A stretch of DNA of 26,000 nt from a virus. Its lineage: Duplodnaviria > Caudoviricetes. Both the position numbers and the translations under genes were made by a program. This document shows positions 1 to 7,560 of this stretch, piece after piece; position 1 is the first letter of the stretch, and each line of letters starts with the position of its first letter. Under the pieces are notes generated by a model. The model ran no database searches and was not told the DNA's origin. It saw only the letters and a list, made by a program, of their open reading frames with translations. Location: positions 1 through 26,000 of IMG/VR virus record IMGVR_UViG_3300011335_000596. One strand, 5' to 3'.

Positions 1-1
1 C

Positions 2-148
2 TCTGGGCTGGCTTATGACCAGCTTATCCGCGAGTTTGATAGCTGGACGCATCTGAGCATCCCCAACCTGGCTACAGCGGCCCCGCGCCACATGGCGCTG
101 ATTATCGACAAGACTGGCACACGGCTATTTCCCGCTGATTTGGCGTAA
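2..148 (+). CDS. C-terminal part of a peptidase M15-type phage endolysin (5' end outside the window)
   Basis: My translation of frame 2: SGLAYDQLIREFDSWTHLSIPNLATAAPRHMALIIDKTGTRLFPADLA*. The DQLIxExxxWxHxS motif is typical of the C-terminus of phage Peptidase_M15A proteins. Confidence 0.75.
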   Translation, partial: SGLAYDQLIREFDSWTHLSIPNLATAAPRHMALIIDKTGTRLFPADLA

Positions 149-179
149 AAAAAGCGGCTGGCCTGTGCAAGCCAGCCGC
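147..179 (-). terminator. Rho-independent terminator for the leftward early operon
   Basis: 9-bp stem GCGGCTGGC (154-162) / GCCAGCCGC (171-179). The A7 run at 147-153 gives a U-tract on the minus strand. It lies between convergent genes. Confidence 0.8.
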
Positions 180-216
180 GAAAACGCCGCGGGTGATAGG
201 AGCAGATCCCGCCGCG

Positions 217-297
217 TCAAATCAAAGCAATTCCAGCGGTGGCGACCAGGCACAGGACAAACATGAGCCAGAGGATCCAATCGGGCCACGGTTTCAT
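217..297 (-). CDS. 26-aa hydrophobic micro-protein (MKPWPDWILWLMFVLCLVATAGIALI)
   Basis: Start overlaps the upstream stop (ATGA). Single TM-like segment. Below the ORF-track length cutoff. Confidence 0.5.
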   Translation of the reverse strand: MKPWPDWILWLMFVLCLVATAGIALI

Positions 298-398
298 GTG
301 CGCGTCCATTCAATTGACACGACTACCGCGACCGCCAACGCTATTGGTAAAGTGACCTCTGCTACGGTCATTACAGCGTCTATTACTTTGGCAATCAT
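294..398 (-). CDS. 34-aa hydrophobic micro-protein (MIAKVIDAVMTVAEVTLPIALAVAVVVSIEWTRT)
   Basis: Strong RBS AAGGAG upstream. ATGA coupling to the next ORF. TM-like segment. Confidence 0.55.
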   Translation of the reverse strand: MIAKVIDAVMTVAEVTLPIALAVAVVVSIEWTRT

Positions 399-423
399 GC
401 GCTCTCCTTTGCAATGGGAGCCA

Positions 424-1191
424 TCAGACAAAACACAGCCCGGTTTGGCATGACTTTCCGAACATCACTTCATTGCTCATGTCGAATTTAACCTTGCTCA
501 AAGGCTGGGCTGACGGGTGCAGCCATGCGTGCGGATCGCGCTTGCGAATCTCGCGGTCAAATACAATTGCTTTCCCATGATCCTGCGGCGCAGCTTTTTT
601 CTGCCATTGCCATTCACCTTCTCTGTGGTTAGGACACATCCAGCAAGAAGATCGTGGCGGTTCTGGCCATCCCATTGCCTCAACAATTGCCATGCAGTCT
701 GAACGGGAAAGGTTCAGGTCGATAAGCGGATAGTGCTTTTTCCACTTTCCAATGGGCATAGACACGCGCTGCTGCTCGTCCGTCGATATACCCATCCATA
801 GGGTCGCAGCCTTTACGCCATGCTCCTTATTAGCCCAACGCTGCACTACGCGCAGCTTCCATTCGTTGCTGCAAAAGCCGGGTAGCTTCCCAATGTCCTC
901 GCCCTGCGTGGTAAATGCGGGGATCAGTAGACTGTTACCATCCTTCCCGCCGTACAGGTCAACCGTTGCGTACTTTGACTTCTTGACGCGATGCAACGTA
1001 ACCCCAACGCTGGCGAGGGCTGGTAGCGTCACGGCATCCATGTAGGCCCAAGTGGTGCTTAGTTCGCGTTCTGTGTCCGAGATAACGGCTAGGTCAGGCT
1101 TCGGAAGTCTGCCCTGCACGATCAGCGCGGCAATCGCCGTAGACTGAACGCCCCCCCCGCTTGACCATATCTGCGTTCTATCGCCCACCAT
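424..1191 (-). CDS. PP-loop (adenine nucleotide alpha-hydrolase / PAPS-reductase-like) protein
   Basis: N-terminal WSSGGGVQST PP-loop, DTxxE, GISTDE, YPL, SSCWMCP and a C-terminal CxxGxCF. Start set at MVGDR, which follows a GAGGGG RBS. Confidence 0.7.
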   Translation of the reverse strand: MVGDRTQIWSSGGGVQSTAIAALIVQGRLPKPDLAVISDTERELSTTWAYMDAVTLPALASVGVTLHRVKKSKYATVDLYGGKDGNSLLIPAFTTQGEDIGKLPGFCSNEWKLRVVQRWANKEHGVKAATLWMGISTDEQQRVSMPIGKWKKHYPLIDLNLSRSDCMAIVEAMGWPEPPRSSCWMCPNHREGEWQWQKKAAPQDHGKAIVFDREIRKRDPHAWLHPSAQPLSKVKFDMSNEVMFGKSCQTGLCFV

Positions 1192-1660
1192 CGTTCCCCT
1201 CGCGTATGGTGGCGCTCGTACAGGCTCCGCAAGTGCACACATACCGCCCCTCGTTGATAGACGCTGTCCGGTCATAGCCGTGATCGACCGGCGCTGCCGT
1301 TGCGGATGGGGCATCCCGCATCCCGTCAATCACGTTATGCAGATTGGCAATTGCTGTCCTGCGAACAATCAGTTCTTCCAGCAGCGCATCACGCTCATGC
1401 TCGGCCATGCGCTTTGCGTTCTCAGCCCGTTCAGCCCTGCCAAGGTACTGCGGCAACAGGCGCTGCTTGAGGTCAGCCAACTCGTCCACGGCAGAACACG
1501 CCCCCGGTGTCGGGCAACCTTTCGGCTCTGCGATCTCCGATGGGAACGCGTCGATCTGGTTTATGAAGTGGGAGATGAGGCTGTCATCGCCGCGAGTCTC
1601 CTCGCTGCCGTCTATTCGACTCATCAGCCACTCGCGCAGGTCTTCTAGTTTAGCCACCAT
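1178..1660 (-). CDS. Hypothetical phage protein with a coiled-coil and short Cys motifs
   Basis: AAGGAG RBS before MVAKLEDL. Overlaps both neighbours. Contains CPTPGAC and CTCGAC motifs. Confidence 0.6.
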   Translation of the reverse strand: MVAKLEDLREWLMSRIDGSEETRGDDSLISHFINQIDAFPSEIAEPKGCPTPGACSAVDELADLKQRLLPQYLGRAERAENAKRMAEHERDALLEELIVRRTAIANLHNVIDGMRDAPSATAAPVDHGYDRTASINEGRYVCTCGACTSATIREGNDGGR

Positions 1661-2024
1661 TCTTCTCCTTGAGTTTGGCCTCTGTTTTGCGTAACCCAAC
1701 AAGGACATCCTGTCTTGCCTTTTCCAGCATAGGGTCTGAGTCTCCCCAAAGCCGGTTGTTTTCAACTAATGCTCTCCAACCGTATGCGTCTAGCAACTCA
1801 TCATCTGTCAGCCCTACCCACTCTTTTTTCTGGTAGAACCCCGCTGAGTTTAAAATTTTAACAAGGTTGGGGCCAACAATCTTCGTAGGCATCTCCTGTT
1901 TAAACTCCATCATCGGCGACCCCCACTTCCTAAGCTCCAGCAGATGCTCCGCGATATCTTTTATCTGCTGCTCGTGTTTTAGCACCAGCGCGTTAAGATT
2001 CTCCCTCGTATCAAGTATGTCCAT
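1650..2024 (-). CDS. Hypothetical phage protein (EWVGLTDDE motif)
   Basis: AAGGAGGAG RBS before MDILDT. WVGLTDEE...AKLKEKN-type motifs are common in proteobacterial phage early genes. Confidence 0.7.
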   Translation of the reverse strand: MDILDTRENLNALVLKHEQQIKDIAEHLLELRKWGSPMMEFKQEMPTKIVGPNLVKILNSAGFYQKKEWVGLTDDELLDAYGWRALVENNRLWGDSDPMLEKARQDVLVGLRKTEAKLKEKNGG

Positions 2025-2244
2025 TGTTCTCCTCCTTATCATCAATTTTCACAGCCTCAAGAAACTCCGCCAGCAGATAAACGCAGGGCAGTATCAGGTC
2101 ACGGCAAATCGCATCGTGTACATCAGAGTCTGTTTTGCCTACGTTTTGCGCGTAGATTTTAAGCGCCCCGAGTCGTTCGCTAACAAGCATATCAAGGCGG
2201 TCAAAGTCGAGTCGTTTCACTTTTTCAATGTTTTTGTATTTCAT
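2011..2244 (-). CDS. Hypothetical protein, 77 aa
   Basis: GGAGGTG RBS upstream. Overlaps the downstream gene within the operon. Confidence 0.65.
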   Translation of the reverse strand: MKYKNIEKVKRLDFDRLDMLVSERLGALKIYAQNVGKTDSDVHDAICRDLILPCVYLLAEFLEAVKIDDKEENNGHT

Positions 2245-2307
2245 CTCACACCTCCAGTTAGGCGTTCCCGTAGCTGTTAGTGGCGCTCTTATCAGTCATG
2301 GGGGCAG

Positions 2308-3243
2308 TCATGCTGCCGCCTTAAGCGCCAGGATCACCTCCCGCGCCATCTTTGGCGGTACGGCGTTGCCCAGCATATGTACTGCCGCCCGGTGCTGTTC
2401 CGGTAACTTGTAATCCGCCGGAAAACCCATCGCGGCCCGGTTCTCGTCCTTGGTGAGCATCCGCATCCGGTTGCTGTCGATCACGGCCCAGCGGTCGCGG
2501 GTGGTAATGGTTCCTATGGGGCGGTCAATCGAACGGCCTCCATGCTCGTTCCCGTAGTAGGCAATCAGAAAGCGGTCGCCGTGGGCCTGCCTGCCAGCCC
2601 TTACGCGGGCGAGGGTCGCCGCCGCCCGGTTTTCTCGGTCAACCTTGGCCCATGTTCCAGCGTTGAGGTCGATCACGTTGCTAGCCGGGATATGTGGCTG
2701 CTTGTCTAGGCGCAGTTCGATGGGATGCTTGGAGCGCGTCCCAACAATGAACAGGCGGCGGCGGTTCTGCGGGGTTCCGTGATCTGCCGCGTCGAGGATC
2801 TGCGGGGCCAAGGCATAGCCCAGCGCACCCATTGCGGAACACCACGCCTCGTAAAGCGTCCACTTGGCGAACTCGGGGACGTTCTCCACAACCACGGCGG
2901 CGGGGCGGTGATACTCGCAGGCACTCACTACGGCCCACGCCGTAGACCTCTGAGCGTCATGGTGCGCCCGCTCCTTTCCTCGCGCCCTAGAGTGACCCTG
3001 ACAGGCCGGGGAAGCCAGCAAGAGGTCATGCGCGGGTACGGTCGTCCAGTCGGTCTGGTGCAAGTCTTGGCAGGCGTGGACGGTGCCTGGATGGTTTCTG
3101 GCGTGTACGTCCACGGCCTCGCGCCAATGGTTTGCCGCCCATACAACCTGACAGCCAGCCATTTCTGCGCCGGTCGTAAACCCGCCAGCCCCGGCAAACA
3201 GGTCTATTGCGCGGATGTTCGTCCCCTCGAAGGTGGTAGTCAT
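2308..3243 (-). CDS. DNA (cytosine-5) methyltransferase
   Basis: Motif I DLFAGAGG, motif IV SPACQGHS (catalytic Cys), motif VI VENV, motif VIII QNRRR, motif X GNAVPP. Confidence 0.95.
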   Translation of the reverse strand: MTTTFEGTNIRAIDLFAGAGGFTTGAEMAGCQVVWAANHWREAVDVHARNHPGTVHACQDLHQTDWTTVPAHDLLLASPACQGHSRARGKERAHHDAQRSTAWAVVSACEYHRPAAVVVENVPEFAKWTLYEAWCSAMGALGYALAPQILDAADHGTPQNRRRLFIVGTRSKHPIELRLDKQPHIPASNVIDLNAGTWAKVDRENRAAATLARVRAGRQAHGDRFLIAYYGNEHGGRSIDRPIGTITTRDRWAVIDSNRMRMLTKDENRAAMGFPADYKLPEQHRAAVHMLGNAVPPKMAREVILALKAAA

Positions 3244-3256
3244 ATGGCTCCTATTC

Positions 3257-3418
3257 CTAAAGAGACGGATTAGCTTGCTTGGCGATCACGGCCTCAATCG
3301 CTGCCTTCACCGCTTTGGCAAACTCTGGCTTGCAGGTAGCGTGCCATTTGCCGCTCTCGTCGGACAGCAGCGCGTAATCCTGTGGGCTGGCTCCGAGTGT
3401 TTTAATCTGTAGGTTCAT
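3257..3418 (-). CDS. 53-aa hypothetical protein (MNLQIKTLGASPQDYALLSDESGKWHATCKPEFAKAVKAAIEAVIAKQANPSL)
   Basis: ATGA overlap with the HNH stop and an AGGAG RBS. Fills the gap before the methyltransferase. Confidence 0.6.
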   Translation of the reverse strand: MNLQIKTLGASPQDYALLSDESGKWHATCKPEFAKAVKAAIEAVIAKQANPSL

Positions 3419-3882
3419 GCTTTGACTCCTTGTAGGCGGGGTTTCCTAGCCTCAAGAGGCTTATTTAGTGCGCGATCCACGGGCCAGCCTTTGCTCAATC
3501 GGCGGTGAAGCTGGATATATGGCAAGCCCTTCTCCGTGGCCCACTCTCCAATTGTTTGCGTCTTTCCTTCGGCCTCAAGTTTATGAGCGCACTTCCGGTT
3601 CGCTGTTTGTTGCTTAGGCGTGGCCCAACGGCAATTATCGGGAGAGTAGTTTCCTTCGTTGTCTGGAAACCTGTCCAAAGTTTTCCCGTCTGGCCTAACT
3701 CCCATATCCTCTAGGAACTTAGTAAAGTCAATCCACCTTTTGCACACTGATATTCCGCGACCGCCATAACGGTGGTAGTCAACGGCATTCTTGTTTGTGC
3801 AACGATTTATCATTGAATGCCAAGAGCGGTAGGTAGGCGACTCGCTTCCATCAGAGGCGTGTCCGTGAATTGTGCTGCTCAT
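3415..3882 (-). CDS. HNH-type (homing) endonuclease
   Basis: Signature of phage HNH nucleases: YRSWHSMINRC...YGGRGISVCKRW..F..FLEDMG.RP...TLDR...NYSPDNCRWAT...N. Confidence 0.88.
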   Translation of the reverse strand: MSSTIHGHASDGSESPTYRSWHSMINRCTNKNAVDYHRYGGRGISVCKRWIDFTKFLEDMGVRPDGKTLDRFPDNEGNYSPDNCRWATPKQQTANRKCAHKLEAEGKTQTIGEWATEKGLPYIQLHRRLSKGWPVDRALNKPLEARKPRLQGVKA

Positions 3883-4715
3883 GCTTCCCTCCGTGGAAAG
3901 TCGTCGGCCTTTAGCCGGTTATACCGCGACCGCACCATCCTGGCCGTATCGTGCAGCGTCACCAACATTACCTGCGGCTCCGTATAGCCAGCGTCCAGCA
4001 GGCGTGTCACCACGGCAGCACGACTATCGTGCAGATGCAGCCCAACGATGCCCTCCGCAGCACAAGCCTTGCGATAGGCTGCTTGGAATGCCTTGGCAGT
4101 CACCTTAAAAATACGCTCGTCCTGCATAATCGTCAGGCGCGGCTGGCGCATAATGATATCGAAGGCTGGATCTGGCAAAGCAGCACGCTTGTTGTAACCG
4201 GACTTCTTGCGCGGGTGCTTCAGGTCGCGGACAAGGATCGTGCGTTTGCCCTCGTCCAGATCGCCCCATTGCAAGCGGCAGGTTTCCCCGATGCGCCGTC
4301 CAGACTCGTTCTGGAAAGCTGCCACATCAGCGTGAATGCCCTTCAAACGCGTCACAATGCGCTTGGTTTCATCCGGCGCTGGAATGCGTGTCCGAGTCTC
4401 GCTTTCCCCGATAAGACGCTGGCGGCGCAAAATAGGCATGGCATCGGCTACTGGCTGCGCGGTCACGTTCTCGACACCTAACCCATGTTTGGCATAGTCC
4501 AGCATCCCGCGCAGGTACACGATGTCCGCATTGACCGTGGCGGGGCATACGGTGCGGCTGCGGAGTTTAGCGTGGTCAATCACGTTCTTGGCGGTGAGCG
4601 GCACGGTGCATTGGCCGATCGACTCCTTTGCCATGCGCTTCAAAACGGCAAGCTGGCTCCCGCAAATCTCGGGCGATGCTTGGATGTACGCTTCAACCAA
4701 CTGGCTTATCTTCAT
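3879..4715 (-). CDS. Tyrosine recombinase / phage integrase family protein
   Basis: Catalytic residues R (SGRRIGE), K (RDLKHP), HxxR (HDSR), H (TLH) and Y (SRYN). Start MKISQL follows a GGAGG RBS. Confidence 0.88.
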   Translation of the reverse strand: MKISQLVEAYIQASPEICGSQLAVLKRMAKESIGQCTVPLTAKNVIDHAKLRSRTVCPATVNADIVYLRGMLDYAKHGLGVENVTAQPVADAMPILRRQRLIGESETRTRIPAPDETKRIVTRLKGIHADVAAFQNESGRRIGETCRLQWGDLDEGKRTILVRDLKHPRKKSGYNKRAALPDPAFDIIMRQPRLTIMQDERIFKVTAKAFQAAYRKACAAEGIVGLHLHDSRAAVVTRLLDAGYTEPQVMLVTLHDTARMVRSRYNRLKADDFPRREA

Positions 4716-4857
4716 CTTGCCTCCAGGCAGGTATCTTTCCGAATGTGTGGCCCGCTTCCGCCACATACAGCACCTTGACCTCGCCAAACTGCTCCCGCAT
4801 CGCAGCAATAAACGCGGTCGCCTCTGGACACTTCTTAGCCGCCTCATCGCGGGTCAT
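4693..4857 (-). CDS. 54-aa hypothetical protein (MTRDEAAKKCPEATAFIAAMREQFGEVKVLYVAEAGHTFG...)
   Basis: ATGA coupling to the exonuclease stop. Fills the gap to the recombinase. Confidence 0.55.
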   Translation of the reverse strand: MTRDEAAKKCPEATAFIAAMREQFGEVKVLYVAEAGHTFGKIPAWRQDEDKPVG

Positions 4858-5474
4858 TTGGGCTTGAGACTCGCAGTAATCTCATCAGCCTGCGCCGAGA
4901 ACGCAATCACCTCTTTTTCAAGGTTTTGGATGTACTCGTCGTTCCGCTCAATGCGCTGGACAAACAGGCGCAGATGCTTGGGCATACGCGGGTCGTAGCT
5001 GGTGAAGTCCCACCATTGCCTGCCGGTGATCCACATCAAACCTTGGCACTGCGCCATGTGATCTTCCGGCATCCCGTTAATGATGGTTTCAAGGTGGTAG
5101 CGGGAGTTGTAGGGCGACTTGCTCTCCCATCCGCCATCCTCGTTTATCATTCCGTCAGGACTGCCGCCACACATCGGCAAGGTCGGGTGCTTCAAGAACC
5201 CTACTTCGTCCACCATGTTCCCGCTGTGCGCCTCGTATGCCATCCTGCTGTGTTGCTCCTGCTCGGTGCCCCACTCCATCGCTGCGCTGGAGAAGTGGTC
5301 GGACGGCTGGCCGGTCACGCGCTCAATCACAACTTCCCACAGGTAGGCTTCGCGCTTGGCGGTCGGCTTCCCGGCTTTGGTCAGATCCACCACATCGCGG
5401 AACCTGCTGGCCGTGATAAATCCGCACCGCTCGTACAACCACGCTCCGCTGCCTTGTTTGGCTTCTTCGCTCAT
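4854..5474 (-). CDS. YqaJ-like / lambda-type recombination exonuclease
   Basis: QGS..W...R.G.ITAS, M.WG...E, GSPDG, ESKSP (PD-(D/E)xK), Q.Q..MW, F.SYDPR. Confidence 0.93.
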   Translation of the reverse strand: MSEEAKQGSGAWLYERCGFITASRFRDVVDLTKAGKPTAKREAYLWEVVIERVTGQPSDHFSSAAMEWGTEQEQHSRMAYEAHSGNMVDEVGFLKHPTLPMCGGSPDGMINEDGGWESKSPYNSRYHLETIINGMPEDHMAQCQGLMWITGRQWWDFTSYDPRMPKHLRLFVQRIERNDEYIQNLEKEVIAFSAQADEITASLKPK

Positions 5475-6223
5475 ATCGCCCCCTTGGTTTCCGCAGCCTT
5501 GATCGCCTTGCGCTTCGCTGCCATCAGCAGCTTCAGATCCTCGTAAGCGACCACATCGCCAACCTTGGTGCAATTGGCTGCAATTGTCTGCCAGAGCGCC
5601 TCGGCTTCCTTCATCTTCTCGCAGCCTTCGATTTCGGCCTCGTACTTGGTTTTAATGTCGGTAGGCAGTTCACGCGGGCCGACACCGCCGCGCCCGTCAT
5701 CGTCCACGTTCTTCGGCGCAACTCCGACTGCCATCAGCAGAGTGTAACGCTGGAAAAACGAGGTCGTAGATGCGATGGCTTGATTCTGGCTTTTGCTGCC
5801 GCTCGTATCCGATGCGCCCTCCATCGAAACCCGCTCAGAGTGCCCACGCGAATGGGTCAGGATGCACGTTACCTTGATCTTTGCGCCGTCCTGCTGAACC
5901 TCCCATGTATGGGACAACCCCACGGCAGACAAGGCCGCGCCGATCTTGTCCGATGCCTGGTCGAGTCCCGCGTGGCTGTACTTCGTGTTGCCGAACGAAA
6001 CCTTGATGTTCTTGATAATCTCGGGCGGGTTTTCCTTGAACTTGGCGAGGGCCGCGACAAACTCCTTCTTTGCCTCATTCGCCTCGTAGCGTTCCTGCAA
6101 AGCCATGAGCCGCTCAAGCTGCTCGACGCTGGCACCCTTTTCCACCGCCATAGCAAGCATCGCCATCGGCGTAACTGCCACCGTTGCCACGGCTTGCGGG
6201 ACTACCTGCACGACTTCGTTCAT
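5471..6223 (-). CDS. erf: ERF-family single-strand annealing protein
   Basis: C.LTH..GHSE and QAIASTTSFFQRYTL...DDDG ERF motifs. Adjacent to the exonuclease. Start MNEVVQ. Confidence 0.88.
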   Translation of the reverse strand: MNEVVQVVPQAVATVAVTPMAMLAMAVEKGASVEQLERLMALQERYEANEAKKEFVAALAKFKENPPEIIKNIKVSFGNTKYSHAGLDQASDKIGAALSAVGLSHTWEVQQDGAKIKVTCILTHSRGHSERVSMEGASDTSGSKSQNQAIASTTSFFQRYTLLMAVGVAPKNVDDDGRGGVGPRELPTDIKTKYEAEIEGCEKMKEAEALWQTIAANCTKVGDVVAYEDLKLLMAAKRKAIKAAETKGAI

Positions 6224-6555
6224 TGTTCCCTCTTGGCGTATAAGCCGAGTTTGCAAGTGACCCAATGGCCCTTGCGGAGATTAGAGATTGCCGACGCGCC
6301 GAGTATCCGCTTGTTGTGTCCGTAGATTCCAGCAACGTCAAGCCATTCGGCCTTGCTCATCGGTTTGAATGCCATGCAGATCACGCTCCACAAGGCAATC
6401 GACTCCACGCTACGCAATTTCGGCGTATTCGGTTCAAACCTTGACCGGCTTTTCTGGTAACGCTTAGGCGGGATGCGCTTTGCCAGAATGCGGTCAACCG
6501 TCCAGCGCAATCCAATCCCGTCCGGCTCATAACCTACTGCCTGAGCGCGGTTCAT
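6220..6555 (-). CDS. Hypothetical basic protein
   Basis: ATGA overlaps at both ends. Start MNRAQAVG. Confidence 0.55.
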   Translation of the reverse strand: MNRAQAVGYEPDGIGLRWTVDRILAKRIPPKRYQKSRSRFEPNTPKLRSVESIALWSVICMAFKPMSKAEWLDVAGIYGHNKRILGASAISNLRKGHWVTCKLGLYAKREQ

Positions 6556-6815
6556 TGGGCGCACCACCGGATGACGCTCTTGCACAGCGCCCAAAATGAC
6601 GGGTCTTTGCACTCGTACACCGGCTGCACCCCGGCAATGTTGGGTATAGGCAGCAACGACCGCGCCCTCGCCTTGTAATCTGCATGGTTAACGTGCAGCG
6701 GCCCCATGAGTTCGATGAGTTGGGTAGCGGTCATCTTGCGGCGTTCCTCCCAAGTCGTTCTGCCCAGATCCTGCGGAGCGGAGCGCGGGACTTCTATCAA
6801 TGTGCGCGGCTTCAT
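6552..6815 (-). CDS. Hypothetical protein, 87 aa
   Basis: ATGA overlaps at both ends. Confidence 0.6.
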   Translation of the reverse strand: MKPRTLIEVPRSAPQDLGRTTWEERRKMTATQLIELMGPLHVNHADYKARARSLLPIPNIAGVQPVYECKDPSFWALCKSVIRWCAQ

Positions 6816-7039
6816 GCGCGGATCTTCTCAAGTGCCTTGTGCGCGGCTTCGATCAGCCCATCGGCCCTGCCCATCGAGTAAATGTTTTGCAGCAGAATTC
6901 GCTGCGTGTCCGTGCTGCACAGGATCTTTGCAACGTCTTCTATTAGCTTCCTGCTTTGCGCCTCATGCTCAAGGATTTCCTTGGGCGGTGCAACTGCCGC
7001 AAGAATGTCGCCAAATACAGGATTAATGTGGTCGTTCAT
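6812..7039 (-). CDS. Hypothetical protein, 75 aa
   Basis: Start MNDHINP follows an AGGGGG RBS. Coupled to the downstream gene. Confidence 0.65.
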   Translation of the reverse strand: MNDHINPVFGDILAAVAPPKEILEHEAQSRKLIEDVAKILCSTDTQRILLQNIYSMGRADGLIEAAHKALEKIRA

Positions 7040-7123
7040 TTGTTGCCCCCTAAAGGTTGAGTAAAGCCGGGTGTCCGCCGAGTACCCGGTGCCTCGCGCC
7101 ATCTTGATCCTCTCGGACGATGG

Positions 7124-7279
7124 TCACAGCGCAATTAAGCCTGCGCGGAAAAGTGGTTCTACTATGCAAGCCAGCACGACTGCGGCCAGCAACAGCCAAC
7201 CGGCGCACTCTGCGGGCATTAGCTGAAAACTATCGTAATCCTTTGCCCGATAGTGCTTAAGATCTTCTGGTGTCCGCAT
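7124..7279 (-). CDS. Small membrane protein, first gene of the leftward operon
   Basis: GGAG RBS before MRTPEDL. Hydrophobic C-terminus (WLLLAAVVLACIVEPLFRAGLIAL). Confidence 0.6.
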   Translation of the reverse strand: MRTPEDLKHYRAKDYDSFQLMPAECAGWLLLAAVVLACIVEPLFRAGLIAL

Positions 7280-7299
7280 GGTGTTCTCCGGTTGCATGG

Positions 7300-7395
7300 C
7301 GTAACTTTGCGCTTCCTTGAAACCCCTTGTCAAGCCCCTCCCTAAAATATATTTGTGCCGCCTAGTTGACTAGGACTTGCAAAAGAGCATAATCG
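7300..7395. promoter_or_regulatory. Divergent sigma-70-like promoter region
   Basis: Plus strand TTGACT-N16-CATAAT (~7366-7393). Minus strand TTGACA at 7328-7333 with a weak -10. Short palindromes CTTGTCAAG and CTAGTTGACTAG overlap the -35 boxes. Confidence 0.65.
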
Positions 7396-7401
7396 CACCC
7401 C

Positions 7402-7560
7402 ATGAGCTACGAAACCAAACTAAAGCAGTGGGCGGCTAGGCGGCTGAAGATCGTTGCTATGGCTAATCGAAAGGGGCCACGCTCCTATAACGTAGTGGCG
7501 CGGACGTTTGGCATTAGTCGGCAGCGTGTCCAGCAGATAGTGGCAGCGCATGGCGGCTAG
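7402..7560 (+). CDS. 52-aa helix-turn-helix regulator (Cro-like position)
   Basis: MSYETKLKQWAARRLKIVAMANRKGPRSYNVVARTFGISRQRVQQIVAAHGG. VARTFGISRQRVQQI is a clear HTH. Absent from the ORF track. Confidence 0.8.
   Translation: MSYETKLKQWAARRLKIVAMANRKGPRSYNVVARTFGISRQRVQQIVAAHGG

Noticed and set aside
424-1191. Complete Dnd/Ssp phosphorothioation or 7-deazaguanine pathway
   Set aside because: No partner genes (cysteine desulfurase, DndD/E, FolE, QueD/E, DpdA) are visible in the window.
2250-2290. GTTAGGC / GTTAGTG resembling integron attC core sites
   Set aside because: There is no matching inverse core or attC hairpin, and the recombinase lacks evident IntI features. Likely chance.
4716-4847. 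N-terminal extension of the recombinase ORF; similar over-long starts at 1329, 1765, 5573, 6265 and 8219
   Set aside because: They overlap other coupled genes. Internal ATGs with SD sequences or ATGA coupling fit better.
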